A DNA stretch of 64,000 bases from Phaeodactylibacter sp. (lineage in GTDB: Bacteria; Bacteroidota; Bacteroidia; Chitinophagales; Saprospiraceae): positions 21,293-85,292 of the forward strand of contig NZ_JAVJSK010000020.1 in the NCBI RefSeq assembly GCF_040219495.1. The letters run 5' to 3'. This document shows positions 9,001 to 18,216 of the stretch, piece by piece. Each line of letters begins with the position of its first letter. Positions within the stretch are counted from its first letter, which is position 1. Both the position numbers and the translations under genes were made by a program. The notes beneath the pieces were generated by a model. That model was not told where the DNA came from, searched no databases, and saw only the letters and a program-made list of their open reading frames with translations.

Positions 9001-12000
9001 GGTATTGGTGGGCTCTTTACAAGTCTGCTCCGCCCGCATACGGTAAATAATGCGGGTACCGGAGATGAAATCGCAGTTGGTCTCGGTATCAAACTGCAGG
9101 TAGAAGCTATTGCCCGGCGTACTGTTGACGCCAGACAGCCCCTGTTCCTGAATGAGTGACCAGACCGTTGCAAAATCCCAGATAAAGGTGCGCCCCTGTA
9201 GCAGCTCGGGGTCAGGCAATGGGGAAGTTTGCCCACTCCCCGCCGGGTACTCCACTGCACAGGAGCCCGGCAGTATATCCATGCCCACCGGCAGGGTGAC
9301 CTCCGCCTGCAACTCGTAGACCGCGCCCAGCCCTGCATTAAACAGCAGCGCCTGCGTACGGGGCATGGTATCGCAGAGGTCCGCGCTGAGGTTTTCTGAT
9401 TCCGCCTGCAAATCGATGAGCCCGGGCGGGAAGTCGATGGTCAGGGTTTCGCTTTCCAGGGCACAGGGCGTCTGCGCTGGGTCGGTAAAGGGCGAGCAGT
9501 CGAAGCCGTAGTCGAGGCGGATGGTCTCGGTGCCGCAGCTGCTGGAGCGGCCGCGGAGCAGCAGGTTTAGCGTATCCGGCGTGACTACGGAGCCGAGCTG
9601 GAAGATGCCGTTGACTTCGGGGTACACTTCCCCGGTCTCTGCATTGACGACTTGGATGGAGTCGAAGACGGAGGCCGGGTAGACGGGGCGGAGGTAGAGG
9701 TTGTCGTAGGGGAGAAAAGTATTGTTGCCCGCTCTGACTACGAAGGGAACCTCTAATTCGAAATCTGCAGCGAAGGAGGTAACAGTGGATTGAAGGAGTG
9801 GCAGGTCACAAATGTCGATGGCATCATAAAGTGGCCCAACCAAGCTCACCGCTAATGTGTAAGAAGCTGGGAAGAACCGAGTGCCAATCGGGGTCCGTTC
9901 CAGCCTGGCTTCAACAGGCAAGCGACCATTCTGAGAAGGCCATTCCGCTATACAAGCGGTAAAATGGCGGTGCAGCGATAGCTGAAAGTGATAATTACTA
10001 TTCACACCAACAAAAGGGAACGTCTCTGGCACATCAAAAAGCACATATTCTGCAGAATCATAGGGAAGTAAGAATACAGGAGGCGTATTGTGTTGCCTTA
10101 ACTCCAGGGAATCAACCACTATGCCTGCCACCTTGGGCACCCGGAACTGAGCGGCCCGGTGAAAAGGTTTGATTTCACCAGGAAAAGGGAAAGAGAGGGT
10201 TGAGCGAAGACTACGTGCGACAGAGGCAGGTGACGCGACCTGACAGTTGCCACTACGGGCTCCACCTCCACCTGGCTGGTCCCGTAATGTTACATTCGCA
10301 ATTTCCACCCGCTGCGACTGGCAGTTACAAGTGGGCAGGATGCGGGTTGCATCGATAGGGCTATGGTCAAAGTACGTACGGGTATCGTAGTCGAAGGCAA
10401 AACGTATTGACGAAAAAGGATATAATGGGGAAGAGCTTGGTGAAGAAATATTACTTCCAACCAAATTTAAATTAGCATCTACCCGCTGCTGCACCACCAT
10501 TTTGACAGAGTCGCCCGCTGCATATTTAAACCCTTGCGGTATGGCGGGATTCAATGTCCGTAATACAGGAACAGAAAGGTCGTACAAAAAGACATCACGG
10601 GGAGACCAGAAAATACGGTCGAGGCCATTGACCTCATACCACACCGATTCGGAGGCATCAAAAAGGAGGAGGGTATTGCTTAATTCGGCAATCTTTTTTT
10701 GCTCACCTATCATGTGGTTGACCGTTGGGCCAGTGAGCAGACTGTTTCCGGTCCCAATGTTCCTCACTTCAAACCCTTTGTGGCCGACTTCCAGCGTAAA
10801 GTACTCCAGCTCCGTACCGGGTACGTCTGTTTGCACTACACCATCGACGCGCAGTTCGAAAGTATCCCCGGGTGCAAGGTAGTCCAGACGCATTTGGCTA
10901 AAATCGTAGAGCCCATCTTCATCGGGTTGCCCATCGCCATCCTTATCCGGCCAGCCCAAGGTTGTGCGGAGGGCCTCAAAAGTATAATCGAGGTAGCCGG
11001 CCAGCGTATCATAACAGATACCTTCATAGCAAGGCAGGGGCACAAGTATATCACTACAGGTGCGCAATTGCCCGATGTTGCTGCAGTTCTCGTCTGCCAC
11101 CACTACCGCTTCTGCCAATAACCCATAAAGCTTACCAGTCCCAATAGGACAAGACTCTGCACAGTCTGAGAGAATTCCGGGCAGGCATAATAAATCTGAT
11201 GCAACGCTACAGTCCAAAACGGTAGGTACCTCAAGCGTATACGGAGCCCCTGATGCAATAGGTAGGGGATAAACCAGCTCTACGACATTAATGGTATCCG
11301 TAATTACAGTCTCGCTGACCGGCAAAACACCCTCCAGGGCAAAATCAGTAGACTGCAGCACCAAAAAAGCCGGGAAGGCCAACTGCACCCTTAGCTCACC
11401 TGCCACATCGTCAAGGTCGATGTTATTAATCTCATAGACGATGTCTACCGGGTTGTTATTCTGCAAAACGCCGCTTATGGAAAGGGCTCCGGTAATCAAA
11501 GGATCACCGCTTCCAGCCTCTCCCTCCCCGTCAACGAAGCGATCATCCGGCGCTGCACATTCCTTGATGTATTCGTAATCGTAGGTCCAGTTAGAAGCCG
11601 CAGAATTGCACTGTCCGGGCTCACAAATACTGGTCGTCCATGTGATGTCAAATTGCGAACCGAAACTTGGTGGTGCCAAAGGATTGATAAAGTGCAAAGT
11701 AACGGCATGGGCTACACTATCCCCACAGGTATTCAGCAAAGGCTCGTGGTAGACGACAGAATCCAGAAAGGGACTATTCAGGCTGCCCAGCAAAATACCC
11801 CGTCCCTCGCCCGGCTGTCGGATGTTGAGCACAAAATCCATTAGACCGGTGGATTGGTTATTGCGCCGTACGCGAAGGGTTTGCGCTGCTGTACCGCCAT
11901 CAAAACAGGTCGGCTCCTCCACGATTTCCAGAAAACCTAATACATCTCCATTTTCCACCACATCCACAATCTCCACCTTCGCATTCGCCCGCCGCGACTG

Positions 12001-12804
12001 ACAGAAGCTGCCCCCGCAGCCCCAGCGCACCCAAAGCTCCGAGAGGGCATCCCGGGTTTCATACGCACAGTCTACCACTTGTACGCGCTCGGTGATGGTG
12101 ATTTGTTCGTTGAAGTCAAACCAGCCGTCGCCATTGCCAATTTGAGCAAAGTCCTGCGGGCCGAAGCGCAGGAGCAGGGTGTCCGCGTTTTCGACAAGGG
12201 TCTCCCCATCGTTGCTGCTCACCGCGATGCTGCTGACGTGGGTATCCAAAAATTCAAAACTTGAGACTCTGCCCGGCCGGGTATTGCGGACGGTGAGGGT
12301 ACGGAATACCACACCGTTGAGCGTACCCTGCCAGTACAGGTTTTCGCCGTTGGTGATGAGCAGGTTGGCCGTCTCCACATTGAAGGGGTCGGAGGCGAAG
12401 CCCTGACTGCCATTGGCGTGTTCCAGTTCTGCGGTAATGAAGAACAGCTCCCCCGCATCAATACAGGACAATGCCTGACAGCTGACATCGGCTTGCAAGG
12501 TGAGGCTGAGGGTGTCGCCCGCAGGCACTTCCGGCAAGGTAAAGACGGGCTCCGACAGGTTGCCAATCGCTTCCTCGGTGCCGCCGCTAATGCTGCCGGC
12601 CTGATAGGTGATACCGCAGGGTAGCCCAAGCGTCAGGGTGGCATCTTGCAGCCCGTTGGTGCCGCCGGTGATGGTGTATTGGAAGGTCTGATCTTCGCAA
12701 ACGCTAAGGTTGCCGGGGGGCTGTAGCTGGGCTTGCTGGGCGGTGAGGCCCGAACAGGTGAGCAGGAAGATGCTTACAAGGGTGGTGTAGATTTGGGGTT
12801 GCAT
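6028..12804 (-). CDS. Giant secreted adhesin-like protein with T9SS type B (gliding-motility CHU_C-type) C-terminal sorting domain
   Basis: 2258-aa ORF with an N-terminal signal peptide. The C-terminus reads MPNTFTPNGDGTNDFFNVVG...FRIFNRWGQQVY...GWDG...YYYQIEV. Five tandem Cys-spaced repeats of about 45 aa (C.G..Y.F.G....PG.Y....GCDS...L.L.V) precede it. Confidence 0.9.
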   Translation of the reverse strand: MQPQIYTTLVSIFLLTCSGLTAQQAQLQPPGNLSVCEDQTFQYTITGGTNGLQDATLTLGLPCGITYQAGSISGGTEEAIGNLSEPVFTLPEVPAGDTLSLTLQADVSCQALSCIDAGELFFITAELEHANGSQGFASDPFNVETANLLITNGENLYWQGTLNGVVFRTLTVRNTRPGRVSSFEFLDTHVSSIAVSSNDGETLVENADTLLLRFGPQDFAQIGNGDGWFDFNEQITITERVQVVDCAYETRDALSELWVRWGCGGSFCQSRRANAKVEIVDVVENGDVLGFLEIVEEPTCFDGGTAAQTLRVRRNNQSTGLMDFVLNIRQPGEGRGILLGSLNSPFLDSVVYHEPLLNTCGDSVAHAVTLHFINPLAPPSFGSQFDITWTTSICEPGQCNSAASNWTYDYEYIKECAAPDDRFVDGEGEAGSGDPLITGALSISGVLQNNNPVDIVYEINNIDLDDVAGELRVQLAFPAFLVLQSTDFALEGVLPVSETVITDTINVVELVYPLPIASGAPYTLEVPTVLDCSVASDLLCLPGILSDCAESCPIGTGKLYGLLAEAVVVADENCSNIGQLRTCSDILVPLPCYEGICYDTLAGYLDYTFEALRTTLGWPDKDGDGQPDEDGLYDFSQMRLDYLAPGDTFELRVDGVVQTDVPGTELEYFTLEVGHKGFEVRNIGTGNSLLTGPTVNHMIGEQKKIAELSNTLLLFDASESVWYEVNGLDRIFWSPRDVFLYDLSVPVLRTLNPAIPQGFKYAAGDSVKMVVQQRVDANLNLVGSNISSPSSSPLYPFSSIRFAFDYDTRTYFDHSPIDATRILPTCNCQSQRVEIANVTLRDQPGGGGARSGNCQVASPASVARSLRSTLSFPFPGEIKPFHRAAQFRVPKVAGIVVDSLELRQHNTPPVFLLPYDSAEYVLFDVPETFPFVGVNSNYHFQLSLHRHFTACIAEWPSQNGRLPVEARLERTPIGTRFFPASYTLAVSLVGPLYDAIDICDLPLLQSTVTSFAADFELEVPFVVRAGNNTFLPYDNLYLRPVYPASVFDSIQVVNAETGEVYPEVNGIFQLGSVVTPDTLNLLLRGRSSSCGTETIRLDYGFDCSPFTDPAQTPCALESETLTIDFPPGLIDLQAESENLSADLCDTMPRTQALLFNAGLGAVYELQAEVTLPVGMDILPGSCAVEYPAGSGQTSPLPDPELLQGRTFIWDFATVWSLIQEQGLSGVNSTPGNSFYLQFDTETNCDFISGTRIIYRMRAEQTCKEPTNTVAKVTGRYQIEGVEPPYASNLNVNFSGSLNCGDTLALNATFQYPANTDANLYVTLPVGMAYVPGSTAGNTDHPEPAFQDGQLKWTINSPSSDVTLSFSIVAEEGIECAVPVLSHFTTTKVPAICVSEGQPCEIEVVTGDANLPLSVDKAAYEITDISATAPSSISNDLQLEATITNTADPNGLPLQAALYLDLDGDGALSLPDSMLQMLTLNGIDQAGGSTQLSAFLPNLPRQYWCRLLLVLEAEANCACQTLTVPISGVPVIKPTTVSLCWDQSAELGVDPLTGYTYQWSDADGLSCTQCPQTVFFPPETTSNQVLYTFELQETVGNCTISHPFEVTVNPEPFIFSENITICQGDTASLIASLGEAFAWSGPNLVIDDEQAALAAPDNSAVYTVSITDNLGCMGMDSVMVEVLPAPALQADPAQSFCFGPPAQLQVSAEPGTAYDWVNADDRLSDIYSLSPVVEVQEDYTFQLQADNGACTRLLAVSVDFFEAFEIGGVPDTLQACLGDTLSVNLTGGVQYDWSGAEEVICAGSNCAEVSIPVPFSESSFLIAATDSAQCEAERLLTVQSQTDTILPTQTESICTGDSINIFGAWVSAAGLYCDTTPTVGSCVRVECLDLELRPTWSTDESAAICQGETYDFYGTVLTEPGLYTEPLTTSNGCDSLITLDLSVLPAVSESLQSTICQNDTLFFNGQPLTEPGTYLADYQTTLGCDSIVELELTVLPEFETELAEVICEGESYLFNGQEVSTPGTYEAELQSQAGCDSLVVLQLSVEALSESFFDSTLCLGEVLDIGGATFESAGDYTLQLTDANGCDSTVYLMLDYYPPPLYEVEAAPDFGYGDGSLSLILADSTHTLIWEDGSTTPERNNLQAGFYYASIEDEWGCVAEIEAEVPGGELLLAMPNTFTPNGDGTNDFFNVVGNAEARVAAFRIFNRWGQQVYDNENPAQGWDGTANGQPQPTEVYYYQIEVQTPDGVWTRQGDVTLVR

Positions 12805-12875
12805 GGTTGCTAAGGTTCTTATCTCCGAATATTAAAAGGCATATTTGTCATTTCAGCGGTGCAAAGGTTATCCAT

Positions 12876-13112
12876 TCATATCGTGATCGTAATCGCCCCC
12901 GGCGTACGCAGCTTGTCCCTGAACTTGCCATTCACATGCACATCTGCCATACCGGTAGAGGCATGCTGCACTTCGGCAACGCCCTGTGCATTGGTGTATA
13001 CCGCTTTGCTGAAGCCGGAGTTGAGCAGACCATTCCAGAACAGCACGACTTTGGCGTTTTGCTCCCACTTACCGTAGCGGGCGTTGTAGACTTTGATGAT
13101 GGAGGTTTTCAT
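12876..13112 (-). CDS. Small hypothetical protein upstream of the adhesin gene
   Basis: 78-aa ORF on the same strand, 71 nt upstream of the adhesin start. No motif recognised. Confidence 0.45.
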   Translation of the reverse strand: MKTSIIKVYNARYGKWEQNAKVVLFWNGLLNSGFSKAVYTNAQGVAEVQHASTGMADVHVNGKFRDKLRTPGAITITI

Positions 13113-13238
13113 GAGTCAATGTTTTAGCTTATAAAATTGATCCTTTTATTTTACCTTCCCGACTTTTGGGTATCCTGTAAAATGGCACCATTTACAATAA
13201 CCTTCACTCTATCCCCACCAACCCCCAATCCTTCCCCA

Positions 13239-13400
13239 CTAATCCGCCCGCAAATTAGGCAGCCCGCTCAAAAACGACTCCCGCCACTTGTCGCTCAGCG
13301 GGATTTCCTGTGTACCCTCCCGGTAGCGGACCATCACGCGGCCGCGGTGGTAGGCCACTACATGACGGGTATTGACGGCCCAGGAGCGGTGGGTGTGCAT
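13239..13400 (-). pseudogene. Orphan duplicate of the 3' end (last about 53 codons plus stop) of the LytTR response-regulator gene
   Basis: 13241..13400 aligns to 14297..14456 with 4 mismatches in 160 nt by manual alignment. It would encode ..HRSWAVNTRHVVAYHRGRVMVRYREGTQEIPLSDKWRESFLSGLPNLRAD but has no upstream gene body. Confidence 0.8.
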
Positions 13401-13421
13401 CAGGACGGTGCGGAGCGCTAC

Positions 13422-13880
13422 TTATGCTTGCAGGTTTTCTATATCATCCAAGTCCTTATTACGACCGGATGCCTTTTTGGCGGCTATCAAACTATTAAGG
13501 TTTAACACTCTGACCCGGAAATCGCCTTCAATGTCAAACCATTCAGCAGATGCCAGCGCTTCATCAAACTCTAAACCTTTGATTTTGGTGATAATATCAA
13601 TTGAGACAGGAGGCCGGCCAAAACTAAATACCTCATTCTCGCTAGTATTCAGGAACCGCGCTTCGGTCATGTCAAAAACGGACATCCCAAATACTTCGAA
13701 TGCCCTTGATAGCTTTTGGTAATTACTGCCAACCGCTTTCACCCAAATATCCATGTCTCCGGTTGTTCTAGCATATCCATGGAGGATCACAGCATAGCCT
13801 CCAACAAGGATGTAGTCTACCTGACTTTGATTGAGCGCCTGGATGAAATCCTGGAAATCCCGATTGAAGATATTAGCCAT
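13422..13880 (-). CDS. Minimal nucleotidyltransferase-fold protein (MNT/AbiEii-like, candidate toxin-antitoxin component)
   Basis: 152 aa with the NTase signature LVGGYAVILHGYARTTGDMDIWV (GG..x..DxD). Overlaps the upstream partner ORF by 8 nt. Confidence 0.75.
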   Translation of the reverse strand: MANIFNRDFQDFIQALNQSQVDYILVGGYAVILHGYARTTGDMDIWVKAVGSNYQKLSRAFEVFGMSVFDMTEARFLNTSENEVFSFGRPPVSIDIITKIKGLEFDEALASAEWFDIEGDFRVRVLNLNSLIAAKKASGRNKDLDDIENLQA

Positions 13881-14112
13881 CTGAACGTGTTCTTATACTG
13901 AAGGCTGTACGATCCAACCGGTGTTGACCGTGGTAATCTAACTGGTAAGCGGTACAAACCAGGTACCAGGCAGCCGCAAGCCGCTCCATAGCTGTTTTTT
14001 GCATCCAATAATCACGCTGCTTTGATGCTTCCTCAAAGGATTGAACACTAAATGCCTGCCGGTCTAAGCGGTAAGATTCCATGATCAGGATATTAGACAT
14101 TATGAACACCAA
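13873..14112 (-). CDS. Small partner protein of the nucleotidyltransferase (candidate cognate TA component)
   Basis: 79-aa ORF translationally coupled (8-nt overlap) to the NTase gene. No motif recognised. Confidence 0.55.
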   Translation of the reverse strand: MVFIMSNILIMESYRLDRQAFSVQSFEEASKQRDYWMQKTAMERLAAAWYLVCTAYQLDYHGQHRLDRTAFSIRTRSDG

Positions 14113-14294
14113 TTGATATAGGTATAGACTTGCCCTTTTTCGCCCTCTCCGCGTTGAGAAGCCTCGCCGTAGCCCCGGCTATGCCTACGTTTCTCGCCTT
14201 GACAGGACAAAAAATTGCGGCGTCTATCCTCTATACAACCGATATTCATAATGTCTATTGTTGTTTTGTAAAAATACTTTTTTTTGGCAAAGTT

Positions 14295-15071
14295 TCAATC
14301 CGCCCGCAAATTAGGCAGCCCGCTCAAAAACGACTCCCGCCACTTGTCGCTCAGCGGGATTTCCTGTGTAGCCTCCCGGTAGCGAACCATCACGCGGCCG
14401 CGGTGGTAGGCCACTACATGACGGGTATTGACGGCCCAGGAGCGGTGAGTGCGCATTAGGGCGGGATGAGGTACCTGCTCCAGAAAACTGTTAAGGCGGA
14501 CGGAGAAGGCAATGGCTTTGGCGTCGGTCACGATTTTCACGGCGTGTTCCTTGGCTTCTATCCAGCGGATGTCGGCGACTTCCACGCGCACGTGGCGGTA
14601 GTCCTGCCGGACGAAGAAGAAATCCTGGGCGGCGTACAGGGCGCAGCCGCTGCCGGAGGAAGCCGGTATAGATGCCACAACGGCGGGACGGCGGCTGTAG
14701 AAGGTGGCAAAGGCCGTATCCAATGCAATCAAAAGCTGCTCAATGGGGGCAGATTTGAGGACGTACTGCACCATTGGCGCCTGCTTGGCCCGCTCTACAA
14801 ACTCGCGCTTGTCGTGGCTACTGAGGAAAAGGATGGGCAGGGGGGAAATGCTGTGCAGGGCGATGGAGAGTTCAATGCCGTCGAGCTTGCTGCCATTAAG
14901 CTCGATGTCCAGCAGGGCGATATCGGGGCGCTCTTTTTGGAAGAGCGCCATAGCCTCATCGCTGTTGGTGGCGTGGCCGGTGATGCGATAGCCCTGTTGC
15001 TCCAGTTGCTCCTGCAGACTGGCGGCGATAATGAGGTCGTCTTCGACGAGTAAAATACTTGCGGCTTTCAT
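14295..15071 (-). CDS. LytTR-family response regulator (REC + LytTR DNA-binding domain)
   Basis: REC domain: ILLVEDDLIIA, phospho-acceptor context DIALLDIEL, then LSSHDK. The C-terminal LytTR-like part reads IRWIEAKEHAVKIVT...HRSWAVN. Confidence 0.9.
   Translation of the reverse strand: MKAASILLVEDDLIIAASLQEQLEQQGYRITGHATNSDEAMALFQKERPDIALLDIELNGSKLDGIELSIALHSISPLPILFLSSHDKREFVERAKQAPMVQYVLKSAPIEQLLIALDTAFATFYSRRPAVVASIPASSGSGCALYAAQDFFFVRQDYRHVRVEVADIRWIEAKEHAVKIVTDAKAIAFSVRLNSFLEQVPHPALMRTHRSWAVNTRHVVAYHRGRVMVRYREATQEIPLSDKWRESFLSGLPNLRAD
14297..14456. repeat. Direct repeat copy 2 (the functional 3' end of the LytTR gene); copy 1 is at 13241..13400
   Basis: Manual alignment gives 156 of 160 identical. 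The two copies bracket the 896-bp NTase cassette. Confidence 0.85.
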
Positions 15072-15087
15072 TTTGGCAAAGGGTTTT

Positions 15088-17004
15088 TTATGCGGCTTTT
15101 AAATTAAGTTCACACTCCACGCGGGTGCCTTTCTCACCGGAAAAGGCAATGCGCCCGTTGAGCTGTTTGACCAGGTTGTGGATCAGGAACAGGCCCATTG
15201 ACTGTTTAGTGTCCACCTGGAAGTCGGCGGGCAGGCCACTGCCGTTGTCGGTGTAGATGAGGCGGTAATGCCCTTCTGTTTCGGGCTGCAACTCTACATT
15301 AATTTCAGGGTTCGGCTGTTCGGCAAAGGCGTGCTTGCAGGAGTTGGTCGCCAGCTCGTTGACGATGAGGCCAATGCGCATGGCCGCATCCCCGTCTACC
15401 TGCTCCTGCTCCGGGCAGTGCAGTTGAATAGCGACAGGGTGCTCCGGACTGCTGAAGCTGCGCTGCAGGGCATGAGTCACTTCCTGAAGATAGTCATGTA
15501 TGGCAATGCTTTTCTGCCCTTCCCCATCGTGGTGCAGGCGGCGGTGCAGGGCCGACATGGCGTTAAGGCGCCCTTCGGCCTCCCTGACGGCCTGTTGCGC
15601 CTCGGGCTGCTCTTCAAGGCGGCGGACCTGCAGGCTCATCAGGCTGTTGGCGAAGACAAGGTTGTTCATCATGCGGTGGCGCTGCTCGCCGTGGAGGAGC
15701 TCGATCTCGAATTTCTGGGCTTGGATTCGCTGCCGCTGCCGGTACAGAAAGGCCGATAACCCGGTCAGGATAATCAGCCCCAGACTCAACCCGCCCAGCC
15801 CTAGACGCTGATTGCGGTTGATTTGGGCTTGTAGTTCTTTTTTACGCTGTAGGGTTTGAATTTCGAGTTCTTTTTTTTCGGTTTGGTATTTAGTTTCGAT
15901 TTCAGTTATCGCTTCAAGCTTTTCCATGGACTCAATACTGTCCATATAAATTTGCTTCAGCTTCAAAAAAGCCAGCGCATTCTCCCAGTCTTTCTCTTCT
16001 TCATAAATTTTAGCTTTCATCTCGTAAATCACAGCCTGCTCCGTCAGGTTGGAAGGGGCAACCTGATCTTCTGCCAAATCCAGAAATTCCCGCGCCCGGC
16101 CGAGGTCACCCGATCTGTAATACAGCTTAACAAAGTTATTCCAGACCAGTAAAAAACTCCTTTTTAACCCCCGCTCCTTACAGATTGCTGCTGCTTGCGC
16201 CAATGCGTCCTCCGCCAACTGATGACGCTCAAGTTTCATATAAGCAATACCCAGGTTCAGATAAGTAAGTTCGGGCTCACTGGCATAATCAATCAGCGCT
16301 TTGCTCTTCAGTAAAAAATCTAAAGCCTCTGAATGTCTCCCCTGCTTCATATTCAAGATCCCCAAGCTGGAAAATACTACGCCATGAACTACCGGATTGT
16401 CGGTAATATCGAGCAACTCCTTATAACTCTTCTCAGCCCTTCTATAATTCTCCAGCCGGGTCAACAAATTGGCCTGATTATATTTCGATGACATCTGATT
16501 CTTTTGGTTATTGCTTTTACCGAAGTATTTAGCTGCGGTGTTAAAACTTTCAGATGCCTTTACAAAATCGCTTTTATCTCTGTACGCAAAGCCCAGGTAC
16601 TGATACAGGTTTCCAATTAGATCAAGGTATGATTTTTCCTCATCTGGTTTTTCGAACCTGGCAATTGATCGCTTTAAAATCAAAATACAGCTATCCAGCT
16701 CATTCGCCGCTATCAACCCACTTGCATAGACTATTATTGCCCGCATTTCACTAACCCCATTATCATCAACCGCCTGAGTATGAGGAATAACCTTCTCGAC
16801 AAAATCAAGAGCCTGTTGGTTATTTAAACTCAGTAGTGTGTCAGCAAAACTGATAATAAGCCTTGTTTCTCTTTCGGTAAGGGTTCCATACTCTTTATCC
16901 ACAGCTATTTCGGCAACTTGCCTTAAACTATCCACCTGCCCCCACACAGGACCACAAAACCATACTATCACTGCTGCCAACAGCAGTATTTTCCTACTAT
17001 TCAT
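15088..17004 (-). CDS. TPR-containing membrane sensor histidine kinase (HisKA_2-type H-box + HATPase)
   Basis: Signal peptide and periplasmic TPR-like repeats, then a TM segment (LGGLSLGLIILTGLSAFLY). H-box EQRHRMMNNL and ATPase motifs LIVNELATNSCKHAF and DNGSGLP. Lies 16 nt upstream of the response regulator. Confidence 0.85.
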   Translation of the reverse strand: MNSRKILLLAAVIVWFCGPVWGQVDSLRQVAEIAVDKEYGTLTERETRLIISFADTLLSLNNQQALDFVEKVIPHTQAVDDNGVSEMRAIIVYASGLIAANELDSCILILKRSIARFEKPDEEKSYLDLIGNLYQYLGFAYRDKSDFVKASESFNTAAKYFGKSNNQKNQMSSKYNQANLLTRLENYRRAEKSYKELLDITDNPVVHGVVFSSLGILNMKQGRHSEALDFLLKSKALIDYASEPELTYLNLGIAYMKLERHQLAEDALAQAAAICKERGLKRSFLLVWNNFVKLYYRSGDLGRAREFLDLAEDQVAPSNLTEQAVIYEMKAKIYEEEKDWENALAFLKLKQIYMDSIESMEKLEAITEIETKYQTEKKELEIQTLQRKKELQAQINRNQRLGLGGLSLGLIILTGLSAFLYRQRQRIQAQKFEIELLHGEQRHRMMNNLVFANSLMSLQVRRLEEQPEAQQAVREAEGRLNAMSALHRRLHHDGEGQKSIAIHDYLQEVTHALQRSFSSPEHPVAIQLHCPEQEQVDGDAAMRIGLIVNELATNSCKHAFAEQPNPEINVELQPETEGHYRLIYTDNGSGLPADFQVDTKQSMGLFLIHNLVKQLNGRIAFSGEKGTRVECELNLKAA

Positions 17005-17152
17005 AATCTTGGGTTTAGACCGTTAAGGATTTAGTCAGCCGGGTGGATGGAGTTTCAGATAAGTGTATTCAACTTAATATTTGCTTAAAGCTAATAAACA
17101 TTGTTAAATTCCCCATTCTGGTAAGACAGTTTCTGAAAAATACAGGGTGCAT

Positions 17153-18079
17153 TTATCCGGACAAGCTACCCAGCGCGCCACTCACCGCCCCCGCCAAACG
17201 CGCATTATTCAGCACCAGCTCAATATTAGCTTCCAGGCTATCTCCCTGGGTTAACTGCTCGATGCGGGAGAGTAAAAAGGGCGTCAGCGCTTTACCAACG
17301 ATAGCCTGCCGCTCAGCATCCATGATAGCCTGCTCAATGACCCGGTCCATCTCCTCCTGCGGCATGGCAAAGGCCTCCGGGATGGGATTGGCAATAACGG
17401 CACCGCCATGTAGCCCGAGCTGCCATTTGGCGTGTAATACCTTCGCAATTTCCGATGCCGTTTCCATCCGGTAATCAACCGGCAAACCACTTGTACGGGT
17501 GTAAAAAGCCGGCAATTCATCCGTTTGAAAACCCAGCACCGGCACGCCCATGGTTTCCAGGTATTCCAGCGTCAGGCGCAAATCGAGGATGGACTTGGCA
17601 CCGGCACAGATCACTGCTACATCCGTCCGGGCCAGTTCCTGAAGGTCGGCGGAGATATCCATCGTTCTTTCCGCCCCCCGGTGCACCCCCCCTATGCCAC
17701 CGGTGGCAAATACGCGGATGCCCGCCAGCGCTGCGATGATCATGGTGGCGGCTACGGTGGTCGCACCATCTCCTTTCCGCGCGACCAGCACCGGCAAATC
17801 CCTGCGGCTGACTTTAGCCACGGCCGTCCCCTTTTTGCCCAAATATTCAATCTCTGCTTCGGAAAGCCCGGCCCGCAACTGCCCGCCGATGACCGCTATG
17901 GTCGCGGGCACTGCACCGCTTTCCCGCACGGCTGCTTCCACGCGCAGGGCGGTTTCTACATTTTTCGGGTAGGGCATACCGTGGGAGATGATGGTGGATT
18001 CGAGGGCGACTATGGGTTGTTGATTACGAAGGGCTGCTTTCACAACCGGCACCATTCTGACATGCTGATTTATCTGCAT
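17153..18079 (-). CDS. psuG: Pseudouridine-5'-phosphate glycosidase
   Basis: Near-colinear match to remembered E. coli PsuG/YeiN motifs: VALESTIISHGMPYP, GAVPATIAVIGG, KVSRRDLP, GATTVAATMIIAALAGIRVFATGGIGGVHRGAE, DISADLQELA, VICAGAKSILDL. Confidence 0.95.
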   Translation of the reverse strand: MQINQHVRMVPVVKAALRNQQPIVALESTIISHGMPYPKNVETALRVEAAVRESGAVPATIAVIGGQLRAGLSEAEIEYLGKKGTAVAKVSRRDLPVLVARKGDGATTVAATMIIAALAGIRVFATGGIGGVHRGAERTMDISADLQELARTDVAVICAGAKSILDLRLTLEYLETMGVPVLGFQTDELPAFYTRTSGLPVDYRMETASEIAKVLHAKWQLGLHGGAVIANPIPEAFAMPQEEMDRVIEQAIMDAERQAIVGKALTPFLLSRIEQLTQGDSLEANIELVLNNARLAGAVSGALGSLSG

Positions 18080-18216
18080 AGCTGATGTTCTTTAAAGGAT
18101 ATTTACAACTCAACTTCTCAGCACTTAAAAGCCCGTGCTGCCCTTTTTTATGAAAGAGAACAGGCAAAAACCTTTGGCTTTTAGCGACAGCGTAGGCCAG
18201 AAGAAGCCTTAGATCC

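Noticed and set aside
13137-14459. Plus-strand ORFs 13137..13505 and 14130..14459 sharing the peptide IRPQIRQPAQKRLPPLVAQRDFLC
   Set aside because: The shared peptide is just the duplicated LytTR 3' end read on the wrong strand. These are not a paralogous gene pair.
17153-18079. psuG without an adjacent pseudouridine kinase (psuK) as a possible anomaly
   Set aside because: Unlinked psuG genes are common, and the kinase may be elsewhere in the genome.
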